Source: Escherichia phage BSBP01. Taken from it: DNA of 54,030 nucleotides. This document shows, piece by piece, positions 27,747 through 38,634 of this stretch. Positions within the stretch are counted from its first letter, which is position 1, and each line of letters starts with the position of its first letter. The position numbers were made by a program, and so were the translations under genes. The notes below the pieces were generated by a model, which was not told the origin of the DNA, did not search any database, and was given only the letters and a program-made list of their open reading frames with translations. The DNA is taken from the sequence record PQ231202.1; one strand, written 5' to 3'.

Positions 27747-30700
27747 TTACCTGCGTTCCATTGCACCATTGCCCATGTTGATTGTTTGGGTAACAGTTTG
27801 TCCATTTGGAGTCGATACGGTTGCAGAGGCTTGCTTGTTGTTTACGGTTGCCTTCACTTCCACGTTAACCACGGTTGGTTGAGTTTGTCCATAAGACAAT
27901 CCATTACGTGTAAAGCCAGCAGCACCCTCAACAATTGCATCACCCTGATTAGCCCACTCACGATATTTCTTGACACGATTCTGAGCCTGTAAAGGAACAG
28001 CATTGAGCCAATCAGTTCCGTGTTTGTTGATAGCATCATCAACAGTTCCGGCACCATCAGTGTACGCAGCCATAGCCTTCTCTACGTCACCATTATATCG
28101 CTTGAGCATTGCATCATAGTAGTCACGACCAACGCGAGCACGTTCTTCCAGTGAGTTATCTTTGGCAGGACGAACACCAAAGCCAGGGTCACGGGCAGTT
28201 GAATCAAGAACCTGCATACGACCTTTAGCACCAGTTGGCGATGTAACCACCGAACCATCTGCGTTCAAATCGCGGTTCCCTGACTCTTCTCCTGCGATAA
28301 AGTCATAAACATTACGTGCTGCATCGGCTGTACCGTTGGAGGCCACACGCATCGTTCTAGCGGCATCGCCACCTGCCTCAATAAAGGTGCTGCCATATGA
28401 GATTGCAGCTTGCGGAACAGCGTAACCAGGCAGTACACCAGCACGCTCCGTCTGCGCGATTCCTAGCTGTGCAACGCCTTCGGCATAGTTTGAGTCGGCT
28501 CCGCGCTTAACGTTCGCCTCAGCCTCGCCCATGCTGTATTCTGTGCGGTCGTAGGCACGAGCCATACCATCCAGACCAGCCATTTGCATAGCGCCAGCGA
28601 TACGCGCCTGACTCCAGCCACGTTCCTTACCACGCTCACGGGCAATGCGTGTTAACGCAACAGGGTCGCCCTGTGCCTGCCTAATGTCACCAATGGTTAG
28701 TAACCCACGGGTTCCAACAACAATGTTGGCAGCGGCGCTGGGGTCGCCATTTAGCAGGGTGTTGTAGGCACTATGTGTGGTTTGATTAAGTCGGTTGGCT
28801 TGCTGAGAGTTAAGCCCTAACATCTCCAAGCCCTGAGTCATGGAAGAATATGCGTTAGGATTATTTACACCAGCGTCTAACGAATTGCCATAGAAGTCGT
28901 TCAGACCTTCCAGAGCTTCGTTACCAATTTGGGTAGCACCAATAGCCATACCAGCGACACGACCCCACGGAGTCATCATCATGGCATTCATAGCACCATT
29001 GGACAAAGAGCCAATACTGCCACCAGCTACGCCAGCAGCCAATGCCCCACCCATGCGACCGAAGTCATCACCAAAACTTCCACCAGCTTGCCACCCACGA
29101 CGTCCACCACCGCCACCAGAACCACCACCGCTAATGCCATAGCTACTGGCATCAAATGTATCCCAGAAGCCACCGCCACCACGACCATCATTTCCACCAA
29201 AGTCGGCATCTTGTCCACGCAGTTTGTTTTCTTCCTGTGCAGCAAGAATACCTTTCTTGACAGATACTGCCATCGAGTCATTGCCAGTCGTGCTGTCAGA
29301 GCCTACGGCAGAAGTCGTGGCCTCACCAATTCCAGCATCAGTGCGATTGCCTATGAATGGGTCATCAGGTGTTCCGGCTACGGCAGAATACCCACGAGTC
29401 GACCTTTGCTTAACATCTTTCCAGATGCCATCGCCAGTCATTGCAGCACGAGCACCCTTGATTAATTCATCATTAGGTAAGTCTGGATTATCTTCAACAA
29501 ACTTTCGACCAGCATTGAGGCGCCCAATAGTAGAATCAATCTTATCTTTGTTGCGCTCGTACCATCCCTCGTCTTTCTCAATCCACTCAGATACCGTCTT
29601 GTCTCCGATTGTCTGAGAGAACAGTGCACGACTACGGCCAGATACAAGCAAGCCAAATTGAATTTGGTCGAAATAGTCCTTATGCTCGCCAGCAGAGAGA
29701 TTAGAAAACTTTTTAGCCCTTTCAGGATTCTTGTGTTCCCAAATCGCGTCATCACCGATAAGGCCATCTGGAGAATACATGAACGACGGATAATTGTCAT
29801 TTGTTATTGCGCCAGCTTGCTCGATATCGAATCCAAACTCTTTGGCGACACGGTTACGAGCAATTTCTTCCGTCCGATGACCTGCTTCGAACATTCTTTT
29901 AGTAAATTCACTTGGCCCCTTTCCGCGTTGTAGGCCAATTTTATCAACCATTGCAGCCCAAGGTCGGGTGTATTCATTGTTGCCAAGAAACGAACCAACA
30001 GTGGAGCCAGTAATGTCGTATTGTTTGCGGAAGTCCAACCATTCCTGAGTTCCCTGTTCCATGTTGTGATAATGGATTGGGCCTTCTTTCGGAGCTGGTT
30101 GTGGAGCAGAGTCCAAGTTAGATATAGCAATACTCTCACGACGAGCGCGAGCAGAGTTCCAACTCGTTGGTGAATCGAGTTGCGCAATAAACTCTGTTGA
30201 AGGACTTAGTTCGGCAGGTTCAGTATTTCTTAAGCGTTCAGCAGGGTCAAATGTCTTACTTACTTCTGCCTCATTATATTGGTGAGCATTCTCAAGAACA
30301 CCACGGATGGATGCACCAGAGTAGCGAGGGTCGTCGCCAATATCTTTCTTAAGATTCTCATACCCAGAACGAACATCTGTAATGTCTGCATAGCGGGAAG
30401 CAGAATCAAGAATCAAATCTCTGTCAGAAGATTGAGTGCGGTACGCGTTCATTCCTCTTTCAGCATCACCAGAATATACCTTTGCCGCAGACTTAACTAC
30501 GCTAGAAACATCTTGGTACAAAGTCCTACTTACATCAGACCAGCCTGGCGAGCCAGACAAGGACGCAGATAATGAGTATTCGGCATTAATACCGCTGCCA
30601 AATGAACCAAGTGGTAAACCAGATGCGTTAAGTGGCTGTCGAGGGTGTTGGATGCCACCAACAATTGATTCAGAGCCAAGTTTAGGCAATGAATCCATGT

Positions 30701-31418
30701 ATGAAAGTTTTGGCCCCGACTTATTTCCTACATTCATTGCAGATACAGCAGCAACTTCTCGGAAGTTTTGCGGCAATTCTGATTCTAAACGTTTGGCTAC
30801 ACGATAAACATCTCGTGCATAGCGGTCTGGGTTGTCGTATTGTTCACGGTCAACATACATGTGGGCAAGATAGCCGAACGACTTGGCAATATCTCCACGG
30901 TTTGTGGAATACTCGCCCATAATGTCGCCTGCATAATGTCCAGGAAGCTCCGGCATTATATCTTGATGGCCTGTCAGCGTATCACGCATGTACGCATTAA
31001 GCATTCCCCAATGACCTTCCGGTTTGTTCGGGTTTGCTTTGGGCATGTGCATCCACACATCATCGGCGGATACACCTAATTTCTCCATGTAGGCATGTAC
31101 AGCTTCTACATGGTGACTTGGACCGTTCATTGCAGCATGAAATGTTTCAGTCAGTCCAGCACCAGAAATCATTTGTGCGATATGAGCTGAGTCTGAAATC
31201 ATGTCGGAAGTACCATAAGAGATGCCATCATCTTCTGTATAGGTTTCTTCCATAAGCTGTGAATTTGTTTCCATCCAACCAGAGGCAGCACTTGATTCAA
31301 GTTGCTGTGCCATATCTCGTTTGCGCATACCTGGATTGAATGACAGACCATATTGAGCACCCAAGCCAATCAATTCGGCTTCAGACATTCTCATTAAATC
31401 TTTTAAGTTATTAGCCAT
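27747..31418 (-). CDS. Tail tape measure protein with lytic transglycosylase (SLT) domain
   Basis: 1223 aa; Gly-rich repeats; TGAKGRMQV ... AAYTDGAGTV SLT-like motifs. Confidence 0.75.
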   Translation of the reverse strand: MANNLKDLMRMSEAELIGLGAQYGLSFNPGMRKRDMAQQLESSAASGWMETNSQLMEETYTEDDGISYGTSDMISDSAHIAQMISGAGLTETFHAAMNGPSHHVEAVHAYMEKLGVSADDVWMHMPKANPNKPEGHWGMLNAYMRDTLTGHQDIMPELPGHYAGDIMGEYSTNRGDIAKSFGYLAHMYVDREQYDNPDRYARDVYRVAKRLESELPQNFREVAAVSAMNVGNKSGPKLSYMDSLPKLGSESIVGGIQHPRQPLNASGLPLGSFGSGINAEYSLSASLSGSPGWSDVSRTLYQDVSSVVKSAAKVYSGDAERGMNAYRTQSSDRDLILDSASRYADITDVRSGYENLKKDIGDDPRYSGASIRGVLENAHQYNEAEVSKTFDPAERLRNTEPAELSPSTEFIAQLDSPTSWNSARARRESIAISNLDSAPQPAPKEGPIHYHNMEQGTQEWLDFRKQYDITGSTVGSFLGNNEYTRPWAAMVDKIGLQRGKGPSEFTKRMFEAGHRTEEIARNRVAKEFGFDIEQAGAITNDNYPSFMYSPDGLIGDDAIWEHKNPERAKKFSNLSAGEHKDYFDQIQFGLLVSGRSRALFSQTIGDKTVSEWIEKDEGWYERNKDKIDSTIGRLNAGRKFVEDNPDLPNDELIKGARAAMTGDGIWKDVKQRSTRGYSAVAGTPDDPFIGNRTDAGIGEATTSAVGSDSTTGNDSMAVSVKKGILAAQEENKLRGQDADFGGNDGRGGGGFWDTFDASSYGISGGGSGGGGGRRGWQAGGSFGDDFGRMGGALAAGVAGGSIGSLSNGAMNAMMMTPWGRVAGMAIGATQIGNEALEGLNDFYGNSLDAGVNNPNAYSSMTQGLEMLGLNSQQANRLNQTTHSAYNTLLNGDPSAAANIVVGTRGLLTIGDIRQAQGDPVALTRIARERGKERGWSQARIAGAMQMAGLDGMARAYDRTEYSMGEAEANVKRGADSNYAEGVAQLGIAQTERAGVLPGYAVPQAAISYGSTFIEAGGDAARTMRVASNGTADAARNVYDFIAGEESGNRDLNADGSVVTSPTGAKGRMQVLDSTARDPGFGVRPAKDNSLEERARVGRDYYDAMLKRYNGDVEKAMAAYTDGAGTVDDAINKHGTDWLNAVPLQAQNRVKKYREWANQGDAIVEGAAGFTRNGLSYGQTQPTVVNVEVKATVNNKQASATVSTPNGQTVTQTINMGNGAMERR

Positions 31419-31586
31419 TGTCTTCTTCTTTAGGTTTTAATTCATTACGCAAATCAAGTATTGCGTGGAAGGTCAACAAATCCATAATAGAGTAGGTCCC
31501 ATCTTGTAACTCTTTAAGAGAACAGAGTGAACTGTCCTCTATTACAGGACGGTGCAAGAAGTATTTTATTTCCGGGAACTTTGCAG

Positions 31587-32045
31587 TTAAATCGTTTCCG
31601 GACTCGAATTCTTCTGCTCGGCCATCTTGGATGCTTCCACCGCCTCCAATCGTCTGCGTTCGTTGAGTTCGAGCCCTTGCTTGAAAAAATCAAGGAAGTT
31701 CGATTCCAGAACAAATGCAAACACATGGTGCATGAGCATCAAGTTGCCGTTGTATTTCATCTGCATAGTGCGTGGAGTAACTTCGACACCATCAATGGTT
31801 GCCATACACACCACACGTTTAATTAATTCTGTTACTTCATTACTCGTCCCACCTTGCTGCATTAAATAAATAATGTCTGCAAAGTTATATTTATTCTCAA
31901 CGAATGGGAAGATTGAAGTTCCGAGTTTCTGAACAAGCTCGACTTGAAGGTCAAGAGCTTGGCTGGCACTCAATTGACGAGTACCAACCAAGACTACATC
32001 ACCAGAGTCGGCTTGTAACTCGCGTTGACGAAGTTCACAAGCCAT
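31587..32045 (-). CDS. Putative tail assembly chaperone
   Basis: 152 aa between tube and tape measure genes. Confidence 0.4.
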   Translation of the reverse strand: MACELRQRELQADSGDVVLVGTRQLSASQALDLQVELVQKLGTSIFPFVENKYNFADIIYLMQQGGTSNEVTELIKRVVCMATIDGVEVTPRTMQMKYNGNLMLMHHVFAFVLESNFLDFFKQGLELNERRRLEAVEASKMAEQKNSSPETI

Positions 32046-32060
32046 GCTCTTACCTTAATG

Positions 32061-32516
32061 TTATACGCCGATTTCTGGATACTGGCCAGTTACGATGGTG
32101 AGGCGCTCTACAAAGATTGCCCACATGTTGGATGTAAAGGTTACACCACGAACAATGGCAGGCTGTTGCAGGATTGCACCGTTAACACCATTAACCAGAA
32201 CGTCACCCATCTTATCCACCAACTGAATCTGCAAAGGTTCCCACAGGGATTTGTTACCAGACAGGCCAGTTGCACGAGTAAGCTGTGCACGTTGATACAG
32301 AATTTCATTCCAGTCTGCCGTTTGCAGCAGAGGGAAAGTAATAACCCCAGACTGGTCAGCAGTGGTTGCTACAGCAAGTTTGCCGTAAGCATCCATTACA
32401 GGAACGTGTTGTGGCACGTTGTAGCGTGCCGTAATAACAGATTGCCCAGCCTGAAAGCCGTCTACACGAGCACCATCAATCAGGAGGTCTGTATTATAAA
32501 ACGAATATTGCTTCAC
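32061..32516 (-). CDS. Tail tube protein
   Basis: 151 aa directly after the sheath gene. Confidence 0.55.
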   Translation of the reverse strand: MKQYSFYNTDLLIDGARVDGFQAGQSVITARYNVPQHVPVMDAYGKLAVATTADQSGVITFPLLQTADWNEILYQRAQLTRATGLSGNKSLWEPLQIQLVDKMGDVLVNGVNGAILQQPAIVRGVTFTSNMWAIFVERLTIVTGQYPEIGV

Positions 32517-32525
32517 TGTTCACCC

Positions 32526-33974
32526 TTACTGAATGAAGTTGCCAGTAATTACAGCACCCTGGATTGCACCGGAACCGATAGCAATAAAGGAAGTACCTTC
32601 CCAAATACGTTCACCCTTCTGCGACTGCAAGAGTTCCAACGGAGTCGAGATAACTTTGTAGCCTTCTGGGTAGAAGGTGCCTTCGTTATCGTAGCCCGGA
32701 GCGATAAGGCCGTTGGTCTTAGCGAGTTCAAGCGCCAGAGTTACTTGTTGGTTAACCATCGCTACACCAGTGTCCGTCCAAGGAATCTTGGTAGTGGAGG
32801 TGTAGAACAAGTTGAACACGTTCAGGCGAACTTTCTGAGTCAGCCATTCAACGCCCTGTACTGAATCGAACCAAGTCCCATCAGCCATACGACCGTTGAA
32901 GAACATGGTGTTGCCAGCAACAGAAATGAATGCGTTACCACCACAAGCGAGCAGTGCGCTTACCTGACCGGAAGACAAGTCAGCAGTGGAGATGCCTGGA
33001 CCTTTCTTGTATGCAAGAATAAGGACGGAGTTTGCAACGTTGAAGTTAACAGTGGATGCACGACCCAGGATAGAAACTTCTGGATATTCGTCGCCGTTCA
33101 CAGATGCGTCATAAACACACAAGGTGTTACGCAGGTTCTGATTCTTCGCACGACGGAAGCTGTTATTAGTGCCAGCAATCAGAATGTTTGCATCGTTGTC
33201 AGCCCAGCCAAATACTTTGCCAGAGGCTTCACACCATTTAGCAACAGACATTTGGTTGTCAACCGGAGTAGACTTGCCACGATACTGACGGTCCAGACCA
33301 ACGTAGAAGAAGTTGAACGGAGCATCGGCAATAGTTGCCAGGTCGGTGGAGATAGACAGTTCGTTCTTGCCATTAACAGTAACAGCATTGTCGGAAGACT
33401 GTAGCTTCAGGACTTCACCAACTTTACCACCGATGTTGCTAATGGTTGCGTTAACACCAGTTGCAGAAGAAGTCAGCTTAAACTTGCCAGCCTCTTGAGT
33501 TGCAGTAACGCCAGCACCTACAGCAGCTAATGCGCCAGTTACTAGTGTAGCAACTTCGCCAAAGTCAGCAGCAGCAGAGAAGTCAATTGGGTCAGTAACA
33601 TACTGAACACCGCTAACACTAAGTTGCAGGGTGGCAGCAGTTTCCAGCTTAATGGTTGCCAGAACAGCAGCAGTTGCAGCAGTTACAGTGGCAGGAGTTG
33701 CCGGAGTCAGAGTATCGTACTTGATAGCACCAACCAGGAAAGTCTTCGGAGTCGGCTTCTGGGAATACCATGCTGTAGCAGCTTTGGCAATCTCGCCACC
33801 TGGGAAGTCTGCGAGAACTTCTTTAAGGCTGGAATACGAACGGACCGGATACACGTCAACGGTCGGAACAAACTCTTTGCTCATGAACAGGAGCGGACCA
33901 AACCCATCAGTAGCAATGGCGTTCGGAGAGATTGCAATATCAACCTGAACTAAGTCAGAAATTGGAATTGACAT
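32526..33974 (-). CDS. Tail sheath protein
   Basis: 482 aa, Ala/Thr/Gly-rich, followed by tube gene. Confidence 0.6.
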   Translation of the reverse strand: MSIPISDLVQVDIAISPNAIATDGFGPLLFMSKEFVPTVDVYPVRSYSSLKEVLADFPGGEIAKAATAWYSQKPTPKTFLVGAIKYDTLTPATPATVTAATAAVLATIKLETAATLQLSVSGVQYVTDPIDFSAAADFGEVATLVTGALAAVGAGVTATQEAGKFKLTSSATGVNATISNIGGKVGEVLKLQSSDNAVTVNGKNELSISTDLATIADAPFNFFYVGLDRQYRGKSTPVDNQMSVAKWCEASGKVFGWADNDANILIAGTNNSFRRAKNQNLRNTLCVYDASVNGDEYPEVSILGRASTVNFNVANSVLILAYKKGPGISTADLSSGQVSALLACGGNAFISVAGNTMFFNGRMADGTWFDSVQGVEWLTQKVRLNVFNLFYTSTTKIPWTDTGVAMVNQQVTLALELAKTNGLIAPGYDNEGTFYPEGYKVISTPLELLQSQKGERIWEGTSFIAIGSGAIQGAVITGNFIQ

Positions 33975-33976
33975 TA

Positions 33977-34495
33977 TTAAACCTTTTTGGTTGTGATAAG
34001 TGTATTACCATCATAGAAGTTGCCACCAACATATGCGCCAGACATGACCCCAATGGGACTCAAATCTTCACGTATAATATTGAATTGCATTTTAACCGCT
34101 TGGCGAACTTCCCAATTGGTTTCCATTTGTATGGTGGCAAGATTTAAAGGTTCTTTACCAAGAGCAGCAAACTTCTCCTGCTTCAATTTGGCTTGAACAT
34201 CGGGACGGTAAAACGAATTATCAAACTTGATAAATTCATCACCCTCACGAGAAAACATTATTGCAAACGTCAGGATGCGCACGCCACGGGTACGAAACAT
34301 CTCTTCACCGTTAACGGTTACTATTCTGTTTTCGTCAAAGCCCGGATTAGTGCTTGATAGACATTTGATTGCGGCATACTCACCATGAGGTCTGGGAGCA
34401 TTAATTTGCATGTTGTAGGTAAACTTTGGAATACCTACACACACATCTACAATCTCCTTCATGGATTGTAGTTCTTCGAGTCGAATATCCATCAC
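33977..34495 (-). CDS. Head-tail joining or tail completion protein
   Basis: 172-aa ORF between capsid and sheath genes. Confidence 0.4.
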   Translation of the reverse strand: MMDIRLEELQSMKEIVDVCVGIPKFTYNMQINAPRPHGEYAAIKCLSSTNPGFDENRIVTVNGEEMFRTRGVRILTFAIMFSREGDEFIKFDNSFYRPDVQAKLKQEKFAALGKEPLNLATIQMETNWEVRQAVKMQFNIIREDLSPIGVMSGAYVGGNFYDGNTLITTKKV

Positions 34496-34908
34496 TTCTC
34501 CAGTACGCGTGCAGCAATTACAGAGAAGAATCCGGCATCTTCATAATCGTTTATTGCTATAACTTTATACTGAATGCCATAAACAGTGATGATTGATTTC
34601 ATCGGCATCTCAGTACGACTATGAATCTTCATGAATGCTGGTTGACGCTCACCAACATCCGTTGCTTTAAGCTGTTGGCCAGCTACGCCAGAATCCCTGT
34701 CCCCATATGCAATAGGAGTACAGCGGAATTTCTTTGGAGGTTCCCAAGAATCTTCCACCCAATTATTAAGATTGTCGTAGTGACCCTCTACATATACTGC
34801 AAGAGTAGGACGACCCGTGGTCGTGTACCTGTTGAAAGCTAGGCGTTGATTAATCAAAACTGTGACCCAGGGCTTACCCTCGGCCCAGCAAATGCCATGC
34901 GCCGCCAT
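34492..34908 (-). CDS. Head-tail joining protein
   Basis: 138-aa ORF, 4-nt overlap. Confidence 0.4.
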   Translation of the reverse strand: MAAHGICWAEGKPWVTVLINQRLAFNRYTTTGRPTLAVYVEGHYDNLNNWVEDSWEPPKKFRCTPIAYGDRDSGVAGQQLKATDVGERQPAFMKIHSRTEMPMKSIITVYGIQYKVIAINDYEDAGFFSVIAARVLEK

Positions 34909-35243
34909 TGTAAATAACGTTGACCGTACACGGTTGACATGAAATCAGCTTCGATATATGGGATAGTCGAAATGATTCGGTCGCTGAACTCTACCTGCAC
35001 ATCGTCTACATCAGTACGACTTACAGGCATAGCTGGCATTGCGGCATCACCGGGCATTAAGTCATCAATTGTTGAAGACCAGTGCGCGACAAGTGATGCC
35101 ATAGCTGGGTCATAAAACCCACACCAACGCGATTCGATTGTTCCCATCACAAGTTTTGCATCTTCAACTAATATGTCAAAACGTGCTTGGGTCATGTCAG
35201 CCATAGCCGGATAACGTTTCACCAAATCGGTTAGTGTTATCAT
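34854..35243 (-). CDS. Head-tail joining protein
   Basis: 129-aa ORF. Confidence 0.4.
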   Translation of the reverse strand: MITLTDLVKRYPAMADMTQARFDILVEDAKLVMGTIESRWCGFYDPAMASLVAHWSSTIDDLMPGDAAMPAMPVSRTDVDDVQVEFSDRIISTIPYIEADFMSTVYGQRYLQWRRMAFAGPRVSPGSQF

Positions 35244-35684
35244 TTACGCCAACTTATCGTAGAGTGCCAGTTTAACGTCTTCCTGCATACCTTTGATATC
35301 AATACCATTCTTAGTCAGAATAGCATCAATGTCAGGCATACCAACTTTCACACGTTCAACAATGGTAAGAGAACCAGCTTTGATTGCTTCTTTAACCAGG
35401 TTGACTTTGCGAGTTTTGCCAGTGCTGTAATACTCTTTAATGACAAGAGCTTCTTTACCAGTCTTAACAGAAGCACCGATATTCTCGTCATCAAGCGGAA
35501 CCACTTCTTCGCGCAGTTCTTCAACTTCCGTCAGAGATGCCGTAAGAGATTTGTAGATTTCGTCATCGATTTCTACAGTTGCGCCACCAGGAATGTGAAC
35601 AAAGTCCAGCTCAGATTTGCCAGACTTTCCCTTCTTATAGAAGAAGAATTGAAGGTTGCGTGATTCGTTGTTCTTAATCTGCAT
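35244..35684 (-). CDS. Hypothetical structural protein
   Basis: 146-aa ORF after the capsid gene. Confidence 0.45.
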   Translation of the reverse strand: MQIKNNESRNLQFFFYKKGKSGKSELDFVHIPGGATVEIDDEIYKSLTASLTEVEELREEVVPLDDENIGASVKTGKEALVIKEYYSTGKTRKVNLVKEAIKAGSLTIVERVKVGMPDIDAILTKNGIDIKGMQEDVKLALYDKLA

Positions 35685-35730
35685 TACTATTTCTCTTAAG
35701 TTATGGGCGAGAATAGTCCCGCCCTATTTA

Positions 35731-36738
35731 TCAGATGCCGGAGTTGATGGAGATTGCTGCCGGATACATCGCTTGGAAGCCAGCGAAACGACCACGGCCA
35801 GGAACTTCATAAACCAGACCATGAAGCTGTACCGGTTGCCAGGTCAGTGGCAGAGGCTCACGCAGACGGAAAGTACGGTTGCCCATTGCATTGCGGCAAA
35901 CAACAACGAAGCAATCGGAGCCAGAATCGCCGTGACCTTTGATTGCGTTCAGACCCTTGATTTTATCGCGGGAGTTGATGAACTGGTTGTTGTCAATGAA
36001 GAACTGACCAATCGTCTTATCAGACTGTTCAGAACGTGCAGTGTTGAAGATGTACTGCTCATGCTCAACAGGCATCCAGATTTCGTCCGGGCGCATGATT
36101 TTCAGAGTAGAAGCATACATTGCAGACACAGCAGTGGTCAGGTCAGCAATAACTTCGGTCGGAGTCTTCTCGGCCCACTTGGTAGAACCACCAGCACCAG
36201 CAGCAACAGTTGCTTTGGTAATGTCTGGGTTTTCGAAGAAGCCAACAAAGCCGTTAGCTTTATCGCCATACCATGCAGCAGAGTTAACATACTGCTCGTA
36301 ACCACGGATAGCAGCATTTGCTTTACGGGTTTCCAGCGGGAGGCCAGTAACAGCAGCAGACGCTACTTCGTCAATATCGTAGTCGAATGCAGTACCAACT
36401 GATTTAACAGGGATGCTGTATTCTTTACCAGAAATGCTGGACTTCGGCAGGTCGGTTGCACGGGCGTTAATTACCTGAGCTTTACCAACATGGTTGTAAG
36501 AACGGTAGGTCAGAGTGTTTACGCCAGCACCACCAGTAGTGTCCACACCGAAAGCAGCACGAGCTTCCAGTTCTGGATACAGAGTGTCATAAGTTTGAGC
36601 TTCAATGAACTCAAGCTGGCGTTGAAAGAATACTGCATCGTCGTCATTCAGGACAACAGTGCCAGAATCCTGAATACGGGTGATAGCGTCGTTCAGTTCA
36701 AATTCAGAACCGTCCGCCAGTTTAATCATCTTTGGCAT
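35731..36738 (-). CDS. Major capsid protein
   Basis: About 335 aa in the head module; start placed at ATG 36738 because the ORF-track start at 36771 is TTG. Confidence 0.65.
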   Translation of the reverse strand: MPKMIKLADGSEFELNDAITRIQDSGTVVLNDDDAVFFQRQLEFIEAQTYDTLYPELEARAAFGVDTTGGAGVNTLTYRSYNHVGKAQVINARATDLPKSSISGKEYSIPVKSVGTAFDYDIDEVASAAVTGLPLETRKANAAIRGYEQYVNSAAWYGDKANGFVGFFENPDITKATVAAGAGGSTKWAEKTPTEVIADLTTAVSAMYASTLKIMRPDEIWMPVEHEQYIFNTARSEQSDKTIGQFFIDNNQFINSRDKIKGLNAIKGHGDSGSDCFVVVCRNAMGNRTFRLREPLPLTWQPVQLHGLVYEVPGRGRFAGFQAMYPAAISINSGI

Positions 36739-36793
36739 GTAAATTAATCCGTTTTGTTTGATGAGGCGCAACCATTAATTGCGCCATTGCAAC

Positions 36794-37066
36794 TTAAGCC
36801 TTCGGCGTAATGGTAATTTCTTTGGTCGCAGTTACGCTAGAGGTTGTTTTGTTTGTTGCCTTGATTGTCGCAGAAGTGGCTGTAGTCGTTGCATTGAGTA
36901 CAGTCACAGTGCCGTTTGCCGCCACAGAAACACCAGCTACAGCAGGAGTAACGGCGAAGTTGTAATCTGTTGCTGTGGAGTTCTCAAACTTAAATAGCTT
37001 GTCCACAGTTACAGTGGCATCAGAGGCAGATGCGTCCGCAGTTACAGTCCCTGCTACAGCAGACAC
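36794..37066 (-). CDS. Small Ig-like (Ala/Thr/Val-rich beta) protein
   Basis: 90 aa, repetitive A/T/V/S composition. Confidence 0.45.
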   Translation of the reverse strand: MSAVAGTVTADASASDATVTVDKLFKFENSTATDYNFAVTPAVAGVSVAANGTVTVLNATTTATSATIKATNKTTSSVTATKEITITPKA

Positions 37067-37086
37067 CGTAGGAGCTGGAGGTGGCG

Positions 37087-37560
37087 TTACGGCTTTGGGA
37101 CTACGTTAATCATGACCGGGACAACATCGCCAGCGGAAGCCGGATAACGCAGGGCAGTCAGGTTGGTTGCTTTAGTATACCCAGCACCAACACCGCCAAA
37201 TTCACCTTTAGTGGATACGCCAATGTTCTTGTCGGTGATTGCAGTTTTCAGTTTGACCATGATTGGGCCAGACAGCATAACACCCAGAGGCCAGCCAACT
37301 TTGATTGCAACAGTACCGTCACCAGGACGGGTAGCGGATTCGATGTTAATCTGGCGCATAGTAATGCCCAGAACAGTGCCATCAGAACCAATACCAGGTT
37401 TAACCTGATTAGAAGCTGTACCTTGAACAACAGCCAGACCAAAGTTTGCCATTTCTTCTTCGGCAACGTAGGTCAGGCGCTGGGAGTTGGTGGTAGCCAG
37501 GCCATATTGTTCACCTGCATATGCTTCACCAGTATTAATAGACCAATCTTGCTTTGGCAT
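37087..37560 (-). CDS. Head protein (possible decoration or scaffold-associated)
   Basis: 157 aa between scaffold-like and capsid genes. Confidence 0.45.
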   Translation of the reverse strand: MPKQDWSINTGEAYAGEQYGLATTNSQRLTYVAEEEMANFGLAVVQGTASNQVKPGIGSDGTVLGITMRQINIESATRPGDGTVAIKVGWPLGVMLSGPIMVKLKTAITDKNIGVSTKGEFGGVGAGYTKATNLTALRYPASAGDVVPVMINVVPKP

Positions 37561-37569
37561 TGTCTTACC

Positions 37570-38634
37570 TTATAAAGAGTTGAAGCGTTCTAAACGACGT
37601 TTGTTAGCTTCTTCGGAAATAGAAACTTTAGGTTTACGAGCTTCTGAATCTTTCTTAGCAGAGAATTGCATAGACTGATTCAGGGCATCTCCCAAAGTAA
37701 TGGAATCGCAATCTTCAAGAGCTGCATCGAAACGGGCGGAGATATAGTCTTCGCTCTTATCGCTGAAATCCTTGTCATGCAATTTATTAACTACAGCCAA
37801 CTTAATTTCTGCATCGGTCTTGCCGGAGAAATCGAGGTTGGAGAACTCGTCGCCAAGACGGGCCACATCAACAAGCAATGCTGTACGAGCAACTACACGT
37901 TTGTCTACCTCAGCCTGAATAGCTTCATCGGATAGTCGTGCAGTTTCTGCATCAGCAAGTTTCTGTTCAAGGGCACTAATCTTGTCAAGCGCTGCATCAC
38001 GCTCTGCTTCAACAACATCAAAGGTTGCCTTATCAACAATGGCAATCTCTTCACCAGAGTCACCAATGCGGGTAGTCTGAGCACGACCACGAACAACAAT
38101 TGCAGCATGGTTAGGGATAATGCGAACTTTATCGAAGTCGGCTTCACCATCTTCTGATACAGCCAGTTCAGCATTATGGCCCAAGGAGATTTGGTCAACA
38201 CCAGAATCAACTAATCGAATAGCTTGCTCGTCATTCAAAACGATTGATGCAGCCAAGAAAGAACCGTCTGCAACTGGACGCCCTTCGATGAACCCTTTCT
38301 GGAGTTCTTTGTTGTTCTTGATGTTAACATCATTTTTCGGATGGCCGATAGTAACCGGAATTGAGCGACAACCTTCAATGGTTGCTTCATCAAATAATAC
38401 TTCCGGCTTGGTACGAACACGGCAAATAGATTCTGGGTCCAGATGTTTTGCGATTTCACCAAGCTCTTTTGCTTTGTACAGCATGATGCCAGTACGAGCG
38501 ATGGTGCATTCTGCAATCATTTCGCCAGAGTCACGTAAACGACGGGTCGTTAAAGTAGCCTTGTCGTTCAACAAAACTACTTCATTCACGGTATCTTCGT
38601 CGTTAAGCTGAACCAGGTTTTGGTTTTGCTTCAC
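37570..38634 (-). CDS. Head morphogenesis protein (possible prohead protease and scaffold fusion)
   Basis: Coiled-coil Ala/Glu-rich C-terminal half; GTG at 38634 with AAGGG upstream, overlapping the portal 3' end; start uncertain (alternative ATG at 38520). Confidence 0.45.
   Translation of the reverse strand: MKQNQNLVQLNDEDTVNEVVLLNDKATLTTRRLRDSGEMIAECTIARTGIMLYKAKELGEIAKHLDPESICRVRTKPEVLFDEATIEGCRSIPVTIGHPKNDVNIKNNKELQKGFIEGRPVADGSFLAASIVLNDEQAIRLVDSGVDQISLGHNAELAVSEDGEADFDKVRIIPNHAAIVVRGRAQTTRIGDSGEEIAIVDKATFDVVEAERDAALDKISALEQKLADAETARLSDEAIQAEVDKRVVARTALLVDVARLGDEFSNLDFSGKTDAEIKLAVVNKLHDKDFSDKSEDYISARFDAALEDCDSITLGDALNQSMQFSAKKDSEARKPKVSISEEANKRRLERFNSL

Noticed and set aside
32025-32864. 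279-aa plus-strand ORF
   Set aside because: Antisense to the tail tube and sheath genes; shadow ORF.
35656-36402. 248-aa plus-strand ORF
   Set aside because: Lies entirely antisense to the major capsid gene; low-complexity translation with no motifs; treated as a shadow ORF.
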